A stretch of 55,798 nt of DNA from a virus (Duplodnaviria > Heunggongvirae > Uroviricota > Caudoviricetes). Shown here piece by piece: positions 36,957-46,646 of this stretch. The stretch spans positions 1 to 55,798 of IMG/VR virus record IMGVR_UViG_3300031994_000001; one strand, written 5' to 3'. Under the pieces are notes generated by a model, which saw only the letters and a program-made list of their open reading frames with translations, did no database searches and had not been told where the DNA came from. The position numbers were made by a program, and so were the translations under genes. How positions within the stretch are numbered: position 1 is the first letter of the stretch; every line of letters starts with the position of its first letter.

Positions 36957-37817
36957 ATGGTTATGAAGTACACTATCAATTCCACCGAGTACAATATCCC
37001 GTCAATCCCGATGATTGAGGGCAATTATCGCTATGCAAAAGAAGTCACCTGCAACTGCGGCGGTGACGAGCGTTTTTACGAGAGCGTATATCATTGGACT
37101 TGTGACGGCATTTATGACGGCAGCATAGGTCAACTCATTTGCTTCACCTGCAACCGCTGCGGCGACAAGTTCTGCTTCCACGCACGGGATTTGAATGCGT
37201 GGGCTAACCTTGGTGTGTTCGACAAATTTGTCGTCAAGGTGAATGGCGAATTGTTCGAGGCGGAGGACGTGGCATTTCCGAAACTTAACGACAAGCGTAT
37301 AAACGAAGTTCTGTCGAAATGCAACAGTCTTGAACACGCGCTTTTGGGCGGCAGATACACGACAAAGGAAGTCGAGGAAGCGGGAAAGCGCACGGCGAAG
37401 ATTTTGAGTATATTCAACCACCATTTCAACGGACATCGTTATCTGTACGGTGCTATGCTATTGCAATACAACAAGAACAAAAAGTTCTCGGACGATTTGT
37501 TCAAGTACAAGAACATTGTGACAACGGAGTTCAATAATATCTGCGACTTCATCGCCAAGGTTGACAACAATGAGTACCCGCAGGAAGTCAGTCTGTGGGA
37601 CAGAAATGACTATGTAATCTATACCGCTGTGATTGTTGACAGAATCCCTAAATTAAAACAACTGCTGAAACACTCCGAAATCAATAACGAAATCAAGCGT
37701 TTGAAGGAGATTGTTAAGAACGGCGGTGCGTATTACTACAAGGATATGTTGGACGAACTGAAGAATTTTGACGGTGAGACCCCGAAAGTGGGAAGCCGTT
37801 ATTACATCACGGATTAA
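36957..37817 (+). CDS. Hypothetical protein with Zn-ribbon-like Cys pairs (likely early)
   Basis: CNC, CNRC; host-type promoter upstream. Confidence 0.7.
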   Translation: MVMKYTINSTEYNIPSIPMIEGNYRYAKEVTCNCGGDERFYESVYHWTCDGIYDGSIGQLICFTCNRCGDKFCFHARDLNAWANLGVFDKFVVKVNGELFEAEDVAFPKLNDKRINEVLSKCNSLEHALLGGRYTTKEVEEAGKRTAKILSIFNHHFNGHRYLYGAMLLQYNKNKKFSDDLFKYKNIVTTEFNNICDFIAKVDNNEYPQEVSLWDRNDYVIYTAVIVDRIPKLKQLLKHSEINNEIKRLKEIVKNGGAYYYKDMLDELKNFDGETPKVGSRYYITD

Positions 37818-37838
37818 ATCGCCAAAAGCAATACAATT

Positions 37839-39215
37839 ATGATTAACATTTACAAGTTGTTGGAAAATGCGCCGATTGGCGCAAGATTTTATTCCCTTTG
37901 CTTCGGGGAGGTTGAGTTCAAGGCGACCGCTGACGGGGAAATGCTCATTTTCAAATCGCTTGAAAAGGAAAAGTATTTCAAGTTCGACAAATACGGCAGG
38001 CTTTGCGGTGCGCAGAGTGAGGACGACATCAACCGTACGCAGTTCCATTTCCCGCAGAAAGGCGACTGTATGCTTTACCCGTCAAAACCGCATCCCGTTT
38101 GGGACGAGCATTGGCAGGATGTCGTTATGCCGCAGTGTGACGGCTGTGTGATTGTTGACGCTAACGGTTTCTCTTATCTTATTGACAGCAACAGTGAGCA
38201 GTTATATCCCGCCAACCCGAATGTGAAGGACGAGATAATCCGACTGCACAAGTTCAACTTCAAAGGCTCTCGTTTCGCTACGCCGACCGAAACGTTCACA
38301 TATCTTTCTGAACTCAAAGGCAACGGGTTCTATTGGGACAATGCAAAGCGTAAGATGAAGATGGGCGGCAACGACAAGGCTTTCGAGTGCGTTGTCTGCA
38401 AGGTTGACATTGACTGCACAACTCGTGACGGCAAGAAGGCATACCTTGAAGAAGGCACGCCGCTGTTTGTCAACAGATACAGCAAGGTTTTATCCTCGTA
38501 TAATCTCGTTGATTTGAACGGTGACGAATATGCCATCATTCCGAGTTTAATCCGTCCGTGGACTGTCAATGACGCTAAAAACGGCGATATTCTTTACGAT
38601 GACAAACACATAATCATATTCGATTGTGTTCACGGCAATTTAGCGTATTACCACGCCATACTGCATCGTGACAGCAATAAAGTTGAGGACACGCAGTCCA
38701 AATCATATTCTTGTATGGACAAAGGCAACCTTAAATTCGCCAACAACGACATACGCAGGACTATGTTCGAGACTATGGAGAAAAACGGGTTGTATTGGAA
38801 TGAGAAAGACAAAATCATCTACCATAGCAACAACGGTTATCCGAAGTACAGCGTTGACGACAGAATCAAGTACAACGGTGATGTGTACCTCATCAGAAAA
38901 CTTGAAAAACACGGTTATAGCGTGTTCAGCGTTGACGGCGGTGACTGTACGGGAATCGGCTACAACACCGAGGTCAAGGAAGTGCCGTTCACCGTTGACG
39001 AACTGAAACCTTTTGATAAGGTTCTCGTCAGAATGGGCGGCGACTTTGAATGGTGCGCCGACTTGTTCAGTTACTATGAAAGGTTGAGTGAGGGCGAACT
39101 TGTATTTCACACTTTGGGCGAGTGTATTTGGATGCAGTGCGTTCCGTACAACGAAAAGACAAAACACTTGCTTGGCAAGCGAACCGACTATATTGGAAAA
39201 TACAAAACTTGGTAA
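37839..39215 (+). CDS. Modular hypothetical protein
   Basis: 458 aa; YSLCFGEVEF, PWTVNDAKNGD, LKPFDKVLVR, CVPYNEKTKHLLG modules. Confidence 0.75.
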   Translation: MINIYKLLENAPIGARFYSLCFGEVEFKATADGEMLIFKSLEKEKYFKFDKYGRLCGAQSEDDINRTQFHFPQKGDCMLYPSKPHPVWDEHWQDVVMPQCDGCVIVDANGFSYLIDSNSEQLYPANPNVKDEIIRLHKFNFKGSRFATPTETFTYLSELKGNGFYWDNAKRKMKMGGNDKAFECVVCKVDIDCTTRDGKKAYLEEGTPLFVNRYSKVLSSYNLVDLNGDEYAIIPSLIRPWTVNDAKNGDILYDDKHIIIFDCVHGNLAYYHAILHRDSNKVEDTQSKSYSCMDKGNLKFANNDIRRTMFETMEKNGLYWNEKDKIIYHSNNGYPKYSVDDRIKYNGDVYLIRKLEKHGYSVFSVDGGDCTGIGYNTEVKEVPFTVDELKPFDKVLVRMGGDFEWCADLFSYYERLSEGELVFHTLGECIWMQCVPYNEKTKHLLGKRTDYIGKYKTW

Positions 39216-39216
39216 T

Positions 39217-39816
39217 ATGGAAGACAAATACACAGTTAGATTAAATAATGTAGTCTGTTTCGACATCAAAAACGGAAGCGGTTGTATCGTGCGGAAAGAC
39301 GTTATGGAAAAGGCTATTGCCGATTTCACGAAAAGAGGCTGCGGTCTTGGCACATTGGCTCATTTAGACATAAGCGAGCAGGAACAGCCCCTTCCGCTGT
39401 CACGGGCTGACTACGCTGTTGAAAATATGCACGTTGACGACCTCGGTTATGTTGTTGCCGACATCAAGCCTATCGGAAAACAAAACGCGGAGATACTGAA
39501 AGCGATTATGCAGGGACATCCAGAATCCGTCAGTTTCAATGTTCGAGGCTTTTGCCACAAAGAAACTGACAAGATTTTGAAGAAAAACTGCAAAATCGGG
39601 GAAGTTCAAGGTGAATCCGAGCAGGAAGTATGCGGTGATTGCTGTGGTAAATGCCACACGAAGCAGGGCGGCAAAGATGAATCCGAACCGCAGCAGGGTA
39701 TCGGCAGTCAAGAATGCGGCGCACCCGAACAAGAGTACGAGTATGTTGAACGCTGTGTGATTGACCAAATCACGGCGATTGATGTCACTTATAACCCGCA
39801 TAACGAGAAAAAGTAA
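39217..39816 (+). CDS. Degenerate T4 gp21-like prohead protease paralog
   Basis: LGTLAH, SFNVRGF, TAIDVTYNP align in order with gp21-family LGELxH, SSRG, D.VxxPS. Confidence 0.55.
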   Translation: MEDKYTVRLNNVVCFDIKNGSGCIVRKDVMEKAIADFTKRGCGLGTLAHLDISEQEQPLPLSRADYAVENMHVDDLGYVVADIKPIGKQNAEILKAIMQGHPESVSFNVRGFCHKETDKILKKNCKIGEVQGESEQEVCGDCCGKCHTKQGGKDESEPQQGIGSQECGAPEQEYEYVERCVIDQITAIDVTYNPHNEKK

Positions 39817-39821
39817 GACCT

Positions 39822-40109
39822 ATGGCAAAGAGCAAGAAGAAAGTTATCAAGCAGTACAAGGAGGGTGACAGAGGGCTTCAAGCATATATGCAGCGGGACA
39901 CCCCTATTGTCGTTCTGAAAATTGTTGAGGCGGAGTGTGTGTTCTGCCTTTACAAGTGGTGGAATCCGTACAAGCAGTTGTGGATATACGAGGGCAGGAA
40001 GTTCACCGAACTTCTGTTTTGGAACTCGTTGTATTATGAACTAACCAATGAGGAACGCATCAAACTTTTTGAACTCAACGGGTTCGATTACGAGAAAGTC
40101 AAAGGATAA
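39822..40109 (+). CDS. Hypothetical protein
   Basis: 95 aa in tightly packed run. Confidence 0.7.
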   Translation: MAKSKKKVIKQYKEGDRGLQAYMQRDTPIVVLKIVEAECVFCLYKWWNPYKQLWIYEGRKFTELLFWNSLYYELTNEERIKLFELNGFDYEKVKG

Positions 40110-40123
40110 TAATACAAATAATT

Positions 40124-40468
40124 ATGAGCAGGTCATATAAGAAATTCGTTAAGGTCGGAACTTGCGGTGGATTCGGCAGAGACAATTCGGAGTTTTACAA
40201 GTACCGCAGAAAAAGAACGGCAAACAAGAACAAACAGATTGTCAGAAACGCTGTCGCCAACTACAACCCCGAAGACATTGACGACCACGTGTACGCATAC
40301 AAACCGTCAAAGCGTGACGATTGGGCAGAGCCTACTGACGGCACTTCCCTATTCGACAAAAAGACTGCCGAATCGCTTATAGGCAACCACCCATACGGCG
40401 AAAGATACGATGAGTGGATTCGGCGTAAGATACTGCCAAAACTGAAAAAGAAAGGAAAAAGGAGATGA
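40124..40468 (+). CDS. Basic hypothetical protein
   Basis: MSRSYKK..., Lys/Arg-rich. Confidence 0.7.
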   Translation: MSRSYKKFVKVGTCGGFGRDNSEFYKYRRKRTANKNKQIVRNAVANYNPEDIDDHVYAYKPSKRDDWAEPTDGTSLFDKKTAESLIGNHPYGERYDEWIRRKILPKLKKKGKRR

Positions 40469-40728
40469 ACAATATCGAAATGTATGTCGTGCTTTATCTT
40501 GACATTATGGTTTTCGGAATTTGCTATTTCATATACACGCAGGTTCTGACAACAAAAGAGGGCAGGCAGACAAAACGAGGAGCATTGAAAGAATTTGTGA
40601 CGGTGTTCATACCGTTTTACATATTGAAAAAATATTACAACAAGAAACGCAGAGTAACACGTAGAGTTAAAAACATCAAAAATGGAATTGTTAGCAAGGT
40701 ATATACACGGTTCGGCAGACAGCACTGA
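40465..40728 (+). CDS. Small membrane protein
   Basis: Hydrophobic N-terminal segment; ATGA overlap. Confidence 0.6.
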   Translation: MNNIEMYVVLYLDIMVFGICYFIYTQVLTTKEGRQTKRGALKEFVTVFIPFYILKKYYNKKRRVTRRVKNIKNGIVSKVYTRFGRQH

Positions 40729-41425
40729 CGTTGATGTTGTCTATGTTGTTGACGCGATACCGTCACCGCAGGAATCGAAGTCTTTTTGCAGCGCAGACAA
40801 GTCGGAGAACCGAAACATAATCACCATTGACGCTCGGCGCGGTGTCGTCAGCGGCTGTTACAAGGGAAGCATTGACGAGATTAACAACTCTCTCTTTGAG
40901 ACATATAACTTGCATCATCAGACAGACCCGCTTATGATTAGGTTCAGACGGTGCAGGGACATTGCCATCAAATGTATGCGCTCCACACGAATAGTGCTTT
41001 CCCATTTGTCTCGGTCACAGTACCGCAAGTATGTAAAGGACGCGCTTCGAGGCAGTTGGAATGAAAGACTGCTTACCTTGGAGATGCTGATGAACAATCT
41101 CGCCGAGATTGACTTCGACACCTTGAACAAGAATATGAGCGGAGACGACATAAAGAAAGCCATAGCGTTCCAAGTAGGTCAGTGCTGCGCACTTATCGGC
41201 GGCGTTGAGATTTACACGAAAATGGGGCTGTCTTGGTTCTACCCGTATCTCAAACCTTACCTTTACCGCAAGTCGGAAAACATAGACGACTTGAAAATCG
41301 GTATGCACTTGTTCTTGTCTGCTTTGAGTTATGATGTCTGTGGTATAAGCGGCATTGGCGAAACAACGCAGATTCAGCACGGCAACAAGATATATGACTT
41401 GATAAACGAAGTTAAAATTTCTTAA
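40682..41425 (+). CDS. Putative Pol-beta-superfamily nucleotidyltransferase
   Basis: HGS..STDVDVVYV (GS + DxD). Confidence 0.6.
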   Translation: MELLARYIHGSADSTDVDVVYVVDAIPSPQESKSFCSADKSENRNIITIDARRGVVSGCYKGSIDEINNSLFETYNLHHQTDPLMIRFRRCRDIAIKCMRSTRIVLSHLSRSQYRKYVKDALRGSWNERLLTLEMLMNNLAEIDFDTLNKNMSGDDIKKAIAFQVGQCCALIGGVEIYTKMGLSWFYPYLKPYLYRKSENIDDLKIGMHLFLSALSYDVCGISGIGETTQIQHGNKIYDLINEVKIS

Positions 41426-41432
41426 ATGCCCT

Positions 41433-41993
41433 ATGGAATTGAAATACACTACACCAATGACAAAGAGCGTTCTTGTGTTTGACAAGAACATATCCCACGC
41501 CTACGGGTTGCAGGTCTATGAAAAGACAATCAACATAAACGGAGGTGACAGTTGGATGTATATCAAAAACGAAAACGCAGTTCCCGTAAACCCAACGGGC
41601 GAGATTCCGATTAGTCAAATTGACTTGGAGTGGAATGACCTTGAACAGCCATATATTCCAACGCTGAAAGAGCGGTTGAAAAGTCTGTTCACGGGAAAAC
41701 TGCCTACTATGCGGATTGTCAGACCCGAATCGGGAAGGATTGTCATTGCGGAATACGACAAAAACGGAAGGACATTTTTGGAGGTGGCGCGTTTTGATTA
41801 TACAAATGACGGGCATCCGAGATGGACTACTTCCGTTGACACAAGGGGGTATCGTTTAGTCAGATGGGCTTATATCCCAACCCACATTGTTGACTTCGCC
41901 AAAAATTCCGTTCTTGCGAAAATGGAGAATGAAATGTACAGCGAGTGTATTCACCAACAAAGACGATTTGAATATGGAAAAAGCAACGGATAA
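41433..41993 (+). CDS. Hypothetical protein
   Basis: 186 aa. Confidence 0.7.
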   Translation: MELKYTTPMTKSVLVFDKNISHAYGLQVYEKTININGGDSWMYIKNENAVPVNPTGEIPISQIDLEWNDLEQPYIPTLKERLKSLFTGKLPTMRIVRPESGRIVIAEYDKNGRTFLEVARFDYTNDGHPRWTTSVDTRGYRLVRWAYIPTHIVDFAKNSVLAKMENEMYSECIHQQRRFEYGKSNG

Positions 41994-42195
41994 TTGGCAG
42001 ACATTGCGCAACGAGATAGAAAAACAGTTGGAGTTATGTTCCAAGCGCAAGGCTTTCAGCGAATGGCTGCGGGCGAAGTCAATCGCGTTCAAGGAGGTGC
42101 TTGACGTTATGGATAGGATAGAGGACGGAACGCAGTCGGAGTATGTGCCTCACAAACACGGCGGTTGGGTTAAAAAAGCAAAGCCGTCCGAGTAG
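41974..42195 (+). CDS. Small hypothetical protein, paralog of 42242-42481
   Basis: NWQTLR...KEVL..MDRIE.GTQSEY.P shared. Confidence 0.7.
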   Translation: MEKATDNWQTLRNEIEKQLELCSKRKAFSEWLRAKSIAFKEVLDVMDRIEDGTQSEYVPHKHGGWVKKAKPSE

Positions 42196-42241
42196 TGTGA
42201 TTCGGATTTTTTTTATTATATTATGATGTAAATTTACGATT

Positions 42242-42481
42242 ATGGAAGGCGTAACGAATACAGAAAATTGGCAAACGCTTCGTGAGCGTATCAACGAGCA
42301 GTTGACCGACTGCTGCAAGCACAGCGGTTGCGGCGGTAATTGGGGTATTTGTGCAAGGCTTTACAAAGAGGTGCTGAAGGAAATGGATAGGATAGAGGGA
42401 GGCACACAATCAGAATATGCCCCGTTCAACGGTGTGTGGCACACAAACGAAGAAATTGTTGAGTTATCAAATAACAATTAA
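42242..42481 (+). CDS. Small hypothetical protein, paralog of 41974-42195
   Basis: As above; TTTTTATTATATT motif at 42210-42222. Confidence 0.7.
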   Translation: MEGVTNTENWQTLRERINEQLTDCCKHSGCGGNWGICARLYKEVLKEMDRIEGGTQSEYAPFNGVWHTNEEIVELSNNN

Positions 42482-42491
42482 ACTATAAAAT

Positions 42492-43055
42492 ATGGAAAAC
42501 ACAGACAACAACAAAAAAGAAACCAAATCTGTTGAAAATTCGGAGCGTGCTGAAAATGTTGAAAAATGGTTGGCTATACGGAACGAGTGGGAACGCAGGG
42601 CAAAGACCGAAACCAAGACAATCACGGACTTAACAAATCTCGCCACCGACATTTGGAATCACGTTATCTCATTGAAAGACGGCGAGGACATTTACAACGA
42701 TTCTTCGAGTGCGGCTTCATCGCTTGCTCTTGCAGGAATTTATATGTGTTCCTACAATTTCGGTCTGACATTATTCCAAATGCACTATATAATGTGGACT
42801 ATCATAGACAAAATGATGATTGACGAACACGATGTCGGTCTCCGTATTGTGAACTTCAACAATATGCTGTATCCGCAGTATGAATACCTTTTCAACAAAA
42901 CAATGTCGAAAGACGAGTTCGATGCGTTGCAGAAAAAGGCTGCGTCTATGCTTAAAATAGGCAATCTCGGAAAAGAGGTTGAGGAACATTTGAAATCCAT
43001 CGTTGCGGGCAACGTGCCTTTCGGATGGAAAGTTGACGAATCACGAAAACGCTAA
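42492..43055 (+). CDS. Hypothetical protein
   Basis: 187 aa. Confidence 0.75.
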   Translation: MENTDNNKKETKSVENSERAENVEKWLAIRNEWERRAKTETKTITDLTNLATDIWNHVISLKDGEDIYNDSSSAASSLALAGIYMCSYNFGLTLFQMHYIMWTIIDKMMIDEHDVGLRIVNFNNMLYPQYEYLFNKTMSKDEFDALQKKAASMLKIGNLGKEVEEHLKSIVAGNVPFGWKVDESRKR

Positions 43056-43059
43056 CATT

Positions 43060-43542
43060 ATGCCGCCGAAAGACTATAAGCCGTTATTGGAAAGTAAATG
43101 GGAGGTCACATTCAACATACCGAATGCTGTTATCCAAACGGATGCTGATACGGTGAACATAACCCGTAATATTGAGAAAAAGTATATACCCATAACATTG
43201 GAGGATGCCTATGCGGTGCTTCGCGACAAGGAACTTGCCAAATTCCCAACGATGTTCTGCAAGGTCATTGTCCGCAATGAGAAATATGCAAAGCACTATG
43301 CTCACTCCAATACAAAACTCCGCATACAGCCCGTCAATAAGGAGCGTCTTGGCGGTATGGGCGATGAAATCAAGCGCATCAAGGACAAGGATATACCGAG
43401 TTCCGAATTTTTGCTTAAAAATGCGTGTCTGCTTAACCGAAACAACACCACTATGGATTTTGACAGCGAGGAAAACAGAGAAATTGTGAAGCGTGTGTTT
43501 GAGGAATGCAACAATGAAATTTACAAATTTATGATAGGATAA
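43060..43542 (+). CDS. Hypothetical protein with internal KLRIQPVNKERL motif
   Basis: Paralog of 43870-44397. Confidence 0.72.
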   Translation: MPPKDYKPLLESKWEVTFNIPNAVIQTDADTVNITRNIEKKYIPITLEDAYAVLRDKELAKFPTMFCKVIVRNEKYAKHYAHSNTKLRIQPVNKERLGGMGDEIKRIKDKDIPSSEFLLKNACLLNRNNTTMDFDSEENREIVKRVFEECNNEIYKFMIG

Positions 43543-43892
43543 TGGCTGAACGTAGTGAAATATTGGAAAAATTGAAGGCTCTTTCGTCAGAGACACCATC
43601 GGATTGGCGCAAGCAGGCTGAATGGCGTGTCAAGAACAGAGAGTGGCTTCGCGTTTCGGGCGCGATAGCACTCAAAATACTTATGAACCACGATGGGGAG
43701 ACTTCAGAGCAGATACATCAGTTCGTCAGAGAGACACTTGACTGTGACGAAAGTGCGGTTTCCCGCATTATGAGAGGTGATGCCGACCTGCATTTGAGCG
43801 CGATTATCGCCCTCATAGGTTTTGACGGATTGTGTGACGCTGTGAATGGACTTAAAAACTATATGAACAATGCTTCAAGAGATAGCAAATAG
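43542..43892 (+). CDS. XRE-type HTH protein
   Basis: WRVKNREWLR.S..IALKIL, AVSRIMRG..DLHLSAI. Confidence 0.65.
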   Translation: MAERSEILEKLKALSSETPSDWRKQAEWRVKNREWLRVSGAIALKILMNHDGETSEQIHQFVRETLDCDESAVSRIMRGDADLHLSAIIALIGFDGLCDAVNGLKNYMNNASRDSK

Positions 43893-44397
43893 GAGACTGC
43901 TTGAAAAGGTGAAGCGGGATATGTCCGAACACTTGAAAACCCTGCACTTTACAAAGGCGCAGAAGTTTGAGACGTTTGAGGTCACTTTCGGCTTGCCTAT
44001 GCCAATAAAGCGTGACGATAATGGCAATCTGTCTCCTATGACATTGGGCGAGATGCAGGATATGCTCGCCTACATATCAACGGAAACCGCTAAAACGAAT
44101 CCGATGCGCAAATGCGTTATCGCAGTCAGAAACAATGATTATGTCGCACCGAGTTTACGGAAACTTCCGATAATCAAACCGATAACAAGGGGCAGGCTTG
44201 ACGGGTTGGATATGGATTCAATTGAAAGGTCAAAAGAATCGTATGAAAGGAAATGCTCCGAGGTTTTGTTGCAGGATAGCAAATATATGGTGATTTGCGA
44301 TATAAAGGATAACACGTTTGAAACTGACGGCAACAGAATTGTAATCAAAACCTTGTACGAAACATACGGGGAAATTTTTGCACTTTATTTTTTATAA
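43870..44397 (+). CDS. Hypothetical protein, paralog of 43060-43542
   Basis: EVTF, P.TL, VRN..Y, SE.LL, NR..K motifs shared. Confidence 0.7.
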   Translation: MLQEIANRRLLEKVKRDMSEHLKTLHFTKAQKFETFEVTFGLPMPIKRDDNGNLSPMTLGEMQDMLAYISTETAKTNPMRKCVIAVRNNDYVAPSLRKLPIIKPITRGRLDGLDMDSIERSKESYERKCSEVLLQDSKYMVICDIKDNTFETDGNRIVIKTLYETYGEIFALYFL

Positions 44398-44401
44398 GAT
44401 T

Positions 44402-45079
44402 ATGAAATACCCAAGGACATACCATCTGCCGTTCTCGAAAGGAACAACGTCAGATGACAGAATATTGAAAGCAGGTTGGTTCGACAACTATAAGGGTCGT
44501 GAGGTTGTTCTTACGGAGAAACTTGATGGCGAGAACAACTGTATGACACCGTATGGCGTGTTCGCCCGTTCACACGCAGCACCAACGCGGAATCCGTGGA
44601 GCAGGAATCTGTGGGATTACGGCGGTCTTTACGAAAAGGTGAAGGGGGTTATCGGTCCATACGAGGAAGTGTTCGGCGAGAACCTTTACGGTGAGCATTC
44701 CATAAAGTACAACCGACTGTCTCATTATTTTCATATCTTCGCTGTGAAGGGTTTGTCAAACGAGATGTTTCATTTCCCCGTGTTCTACTCGTGGGACGAT
44801 GTTTGCCTTGTTGCCGAAATGATGGGTGTGCCTACCGTTCCGCTTCTTTGGCGCGGTGTGTTCGATTCCGAGGATGAGGTTGAGGCGAAAATCAACGAAC
44901 TTATGTCGCAGCCGTCAACCTACGGTGACGAGAAAGAGGGCGTTGTTATGCGCATAGCGGACGAGTTCTACACAGACGATTTTCCGAAATGCGTATGCAA
45001 GTATGTACGCGCCAATCACGTTCAGACTGACGAGCATTGGACTAAAAATTGGAAAAAGGCTGAATTGTTAAGACAATGA
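44402..45079 (+). CDS. RNA ligase (ATP-dependent nucleotidyltransferase family)
   Basis: KYPRTYHLPFS, TEKLDGEN (motif I), FGEN, EGVVMR, KYVR. Confidence 0.85.
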   Translation: MKYPRTYHLPFSKGTTSDDRILKAGWFDNYKGREVVLTEKLDGENNCMTPYGVFARSHAAPTRNPWSRNLWDYGGLYEKVKGVIGPYEEVFGENLYGEHSIKYNRLSHYFHIFAVKGLSNEMFHFPVFYSWDDVCLVAEMMGVPTVPLLWRGVFDSEDEVEAKINELMSQPSTYGDEKEGVVMRIADEFYTDDFPKCVCKYVRANHVQTDEHWTKNWKKAELLRQ

Positions 45080-45897
45080 AAAATGTTGAACTGCATAATA
45101 CGGACTGTTTCGACTATATGCGGACGATTCCAGACAACTCTGTTCCGCTTATAGTCACCGACCCGCCATACGGTATAAAATTCAGCGGGCAGACTTCCGA
45201 CACGAAGTGGGACTGCATAGGCAACTACTCCGATTTCATTTTAAGTTTTCTCCGCGAGGCTAAACGCATATTGACCGACAGCGGCACACTTTGGATGTGC
45301 TGCGCACGGACAATGATTCCAACGGTGTTCGCTGCCGTGGAAAAGGCGGGATTGCATTGCAACCTTGAAAATTGGCTTACCTATGCCCGACAAAAGGGCA
45401 GAGGCAGTTCGCACAAACTCAAGTCGCAAGCGGAAGAAATACTGCATATAACGAAGTCGGACAAATGGTTGTTTAACAAGGTCGAATATCTGCGTGAGGT
45501 TGTCGCCCCGTATGTCAAAGACGGTAAACCCCGTGGTTGGTTTTTAGACCAAAACACGGGTATGCGTGTCCGTTGGAGCGGCATAGGCAACGTGCTTGCG
45601 TTCACATCGCCAACATACAACTCCAAGTTCGAGCGGCAAATACATTCGACACAGAAGCCCGTGCTGCTGAATGTCGAACTTATAGTGTTGTCGTCTAACG
45701 AGGGAGACACCGTGTTCGACCCGTTTATGGGTAGCGGCAGTTGTGCCGTTGCCTGCGTTCTTACGGGCAGGAAGTTTGTCGGATGCGAGGTTGATTCGGA
45801 TATGTTCGCCAAAGCGGGTCATTGGATTAACAACATAAACTATTCGGAGGCTGAACAATATGTCGCTTCGAGGGTTAGAGTCGGCGGTCTTTTTTAA
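45076..45897 (+). CDS. Orphan N4/N6 DNA methyltransferase (beta order)
   Basis: DPPY before FDPFMGSGS; HSTQKP. Confidence 0.92.
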   Translation: MKNVELHNTDCFDYMRTIPDNSVPLIVTDPPYGIKFSGQTSDTKWDCIGNYSDFILSFLREAKRILTDSGTLWMCCARTMIPTVFAAVEKAGLHCNLENWLTYARQKGRGSSHKLKSQAEEILHITKSDKWLFNKVEYLREVVAPYVKDGKPRGWFLDQNTGMRVRWSGIGNVLAFTSPTYNSKFERQIHSTQKPVLLNVELIVLSSNEGDTVFDPFMGSGSCAVACVLTGRKFVGCEVDSDMFAKAGHWINNINYSEAEQYVASRVRVGGLF

Positions 45898-45929
45898 CTG
45901 AAATTGTCGGATTTTTATTATATTGTAGT

Positions 45930-46646
45930 ATGATAGCGAAAAACTTGGTTGACAGAATAAAGAATGTGGAGAGTAATCCGAAGCAGGCGTTTGAATACAA
46001 GGCAAAGCGTGTATTCAAAGGGGATTTTGTGTTTTCCGTTGACACGCATAAGGAAGTGTTGGACATACCCGTTTTGGAGTTCAATATAAAGAAAATCGGT
46101 TTTTTCGCAGACCCCGCTCTTTCGGTTCTCATAAAAGGCGACAATCTCGTCAACTACTTTTGGTTTCACAGAAAAAACATTATGAGTCTGAATCCCCAAC
46201 AGAAAATAGACGTTACATTATATGAGGATGACAATAAGATTTACGAATTTGGGGATTCTTGTGTCGGCGGGTTGTTCGAGGACGGCGTTCTTTTATGGGC
46301 GGGATATGCAGCCGAGATGAGTGGAATACAAAGTCAGACAGCAAAGGAAATAACAGAGGCGTTCCGAGAGAACAATGCAAAGAAGCATTACCTCGAATAT
46401 GGTATGAACAAGCAAATGGAAGAAAAGTTGGCTGAACTTAAGGTATTTGACGAAAGCAAGTTGAAAGTGATGGCTGCTGACAAAATGGTGTCAATACAAC
46501 GAAGTTCGATGGATTTGTTGCCAAAATTTACATTGCCTTTTACAATCACGCCACCTCCTTCAGTAACATTGCCACAAACACAACTTACGCCTTTTGTACC
46601 TACAAAGAACACATACGTTAAATTAAACACAGATTTTGATATATGA
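45930..46646 (+). CDS. Hypothetical protein, N-domain paralogous to 47182-47727
   Basis: GDFVF..DIPVLEF..IKGDNLVNYF vs GDYVF..DIPICEF..IYGDNIFNYF. Confidence 0.72.
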   Translation: MIAKNLVDRIKNVESNPKQAFEYKAKRVFKGDFVFSVDTHKEVLDIPVLEFNIKKIGFFADPALSVLIKGDNLVNYFWFHRKNIMSLNPQQKIDVTLYEDDNKIYEFGDSCVGGLFEDGVLLWAGYAAEMSGIQSQTAKEITEAFRENNAKKHYLEYGMNKQMEEKLAELKVFDESKLKVMAADKMVSIQRSSMDLLPKFTLPFTITPPPSVTLPQTQLTPFVPTKNTYVKLNTDFDI

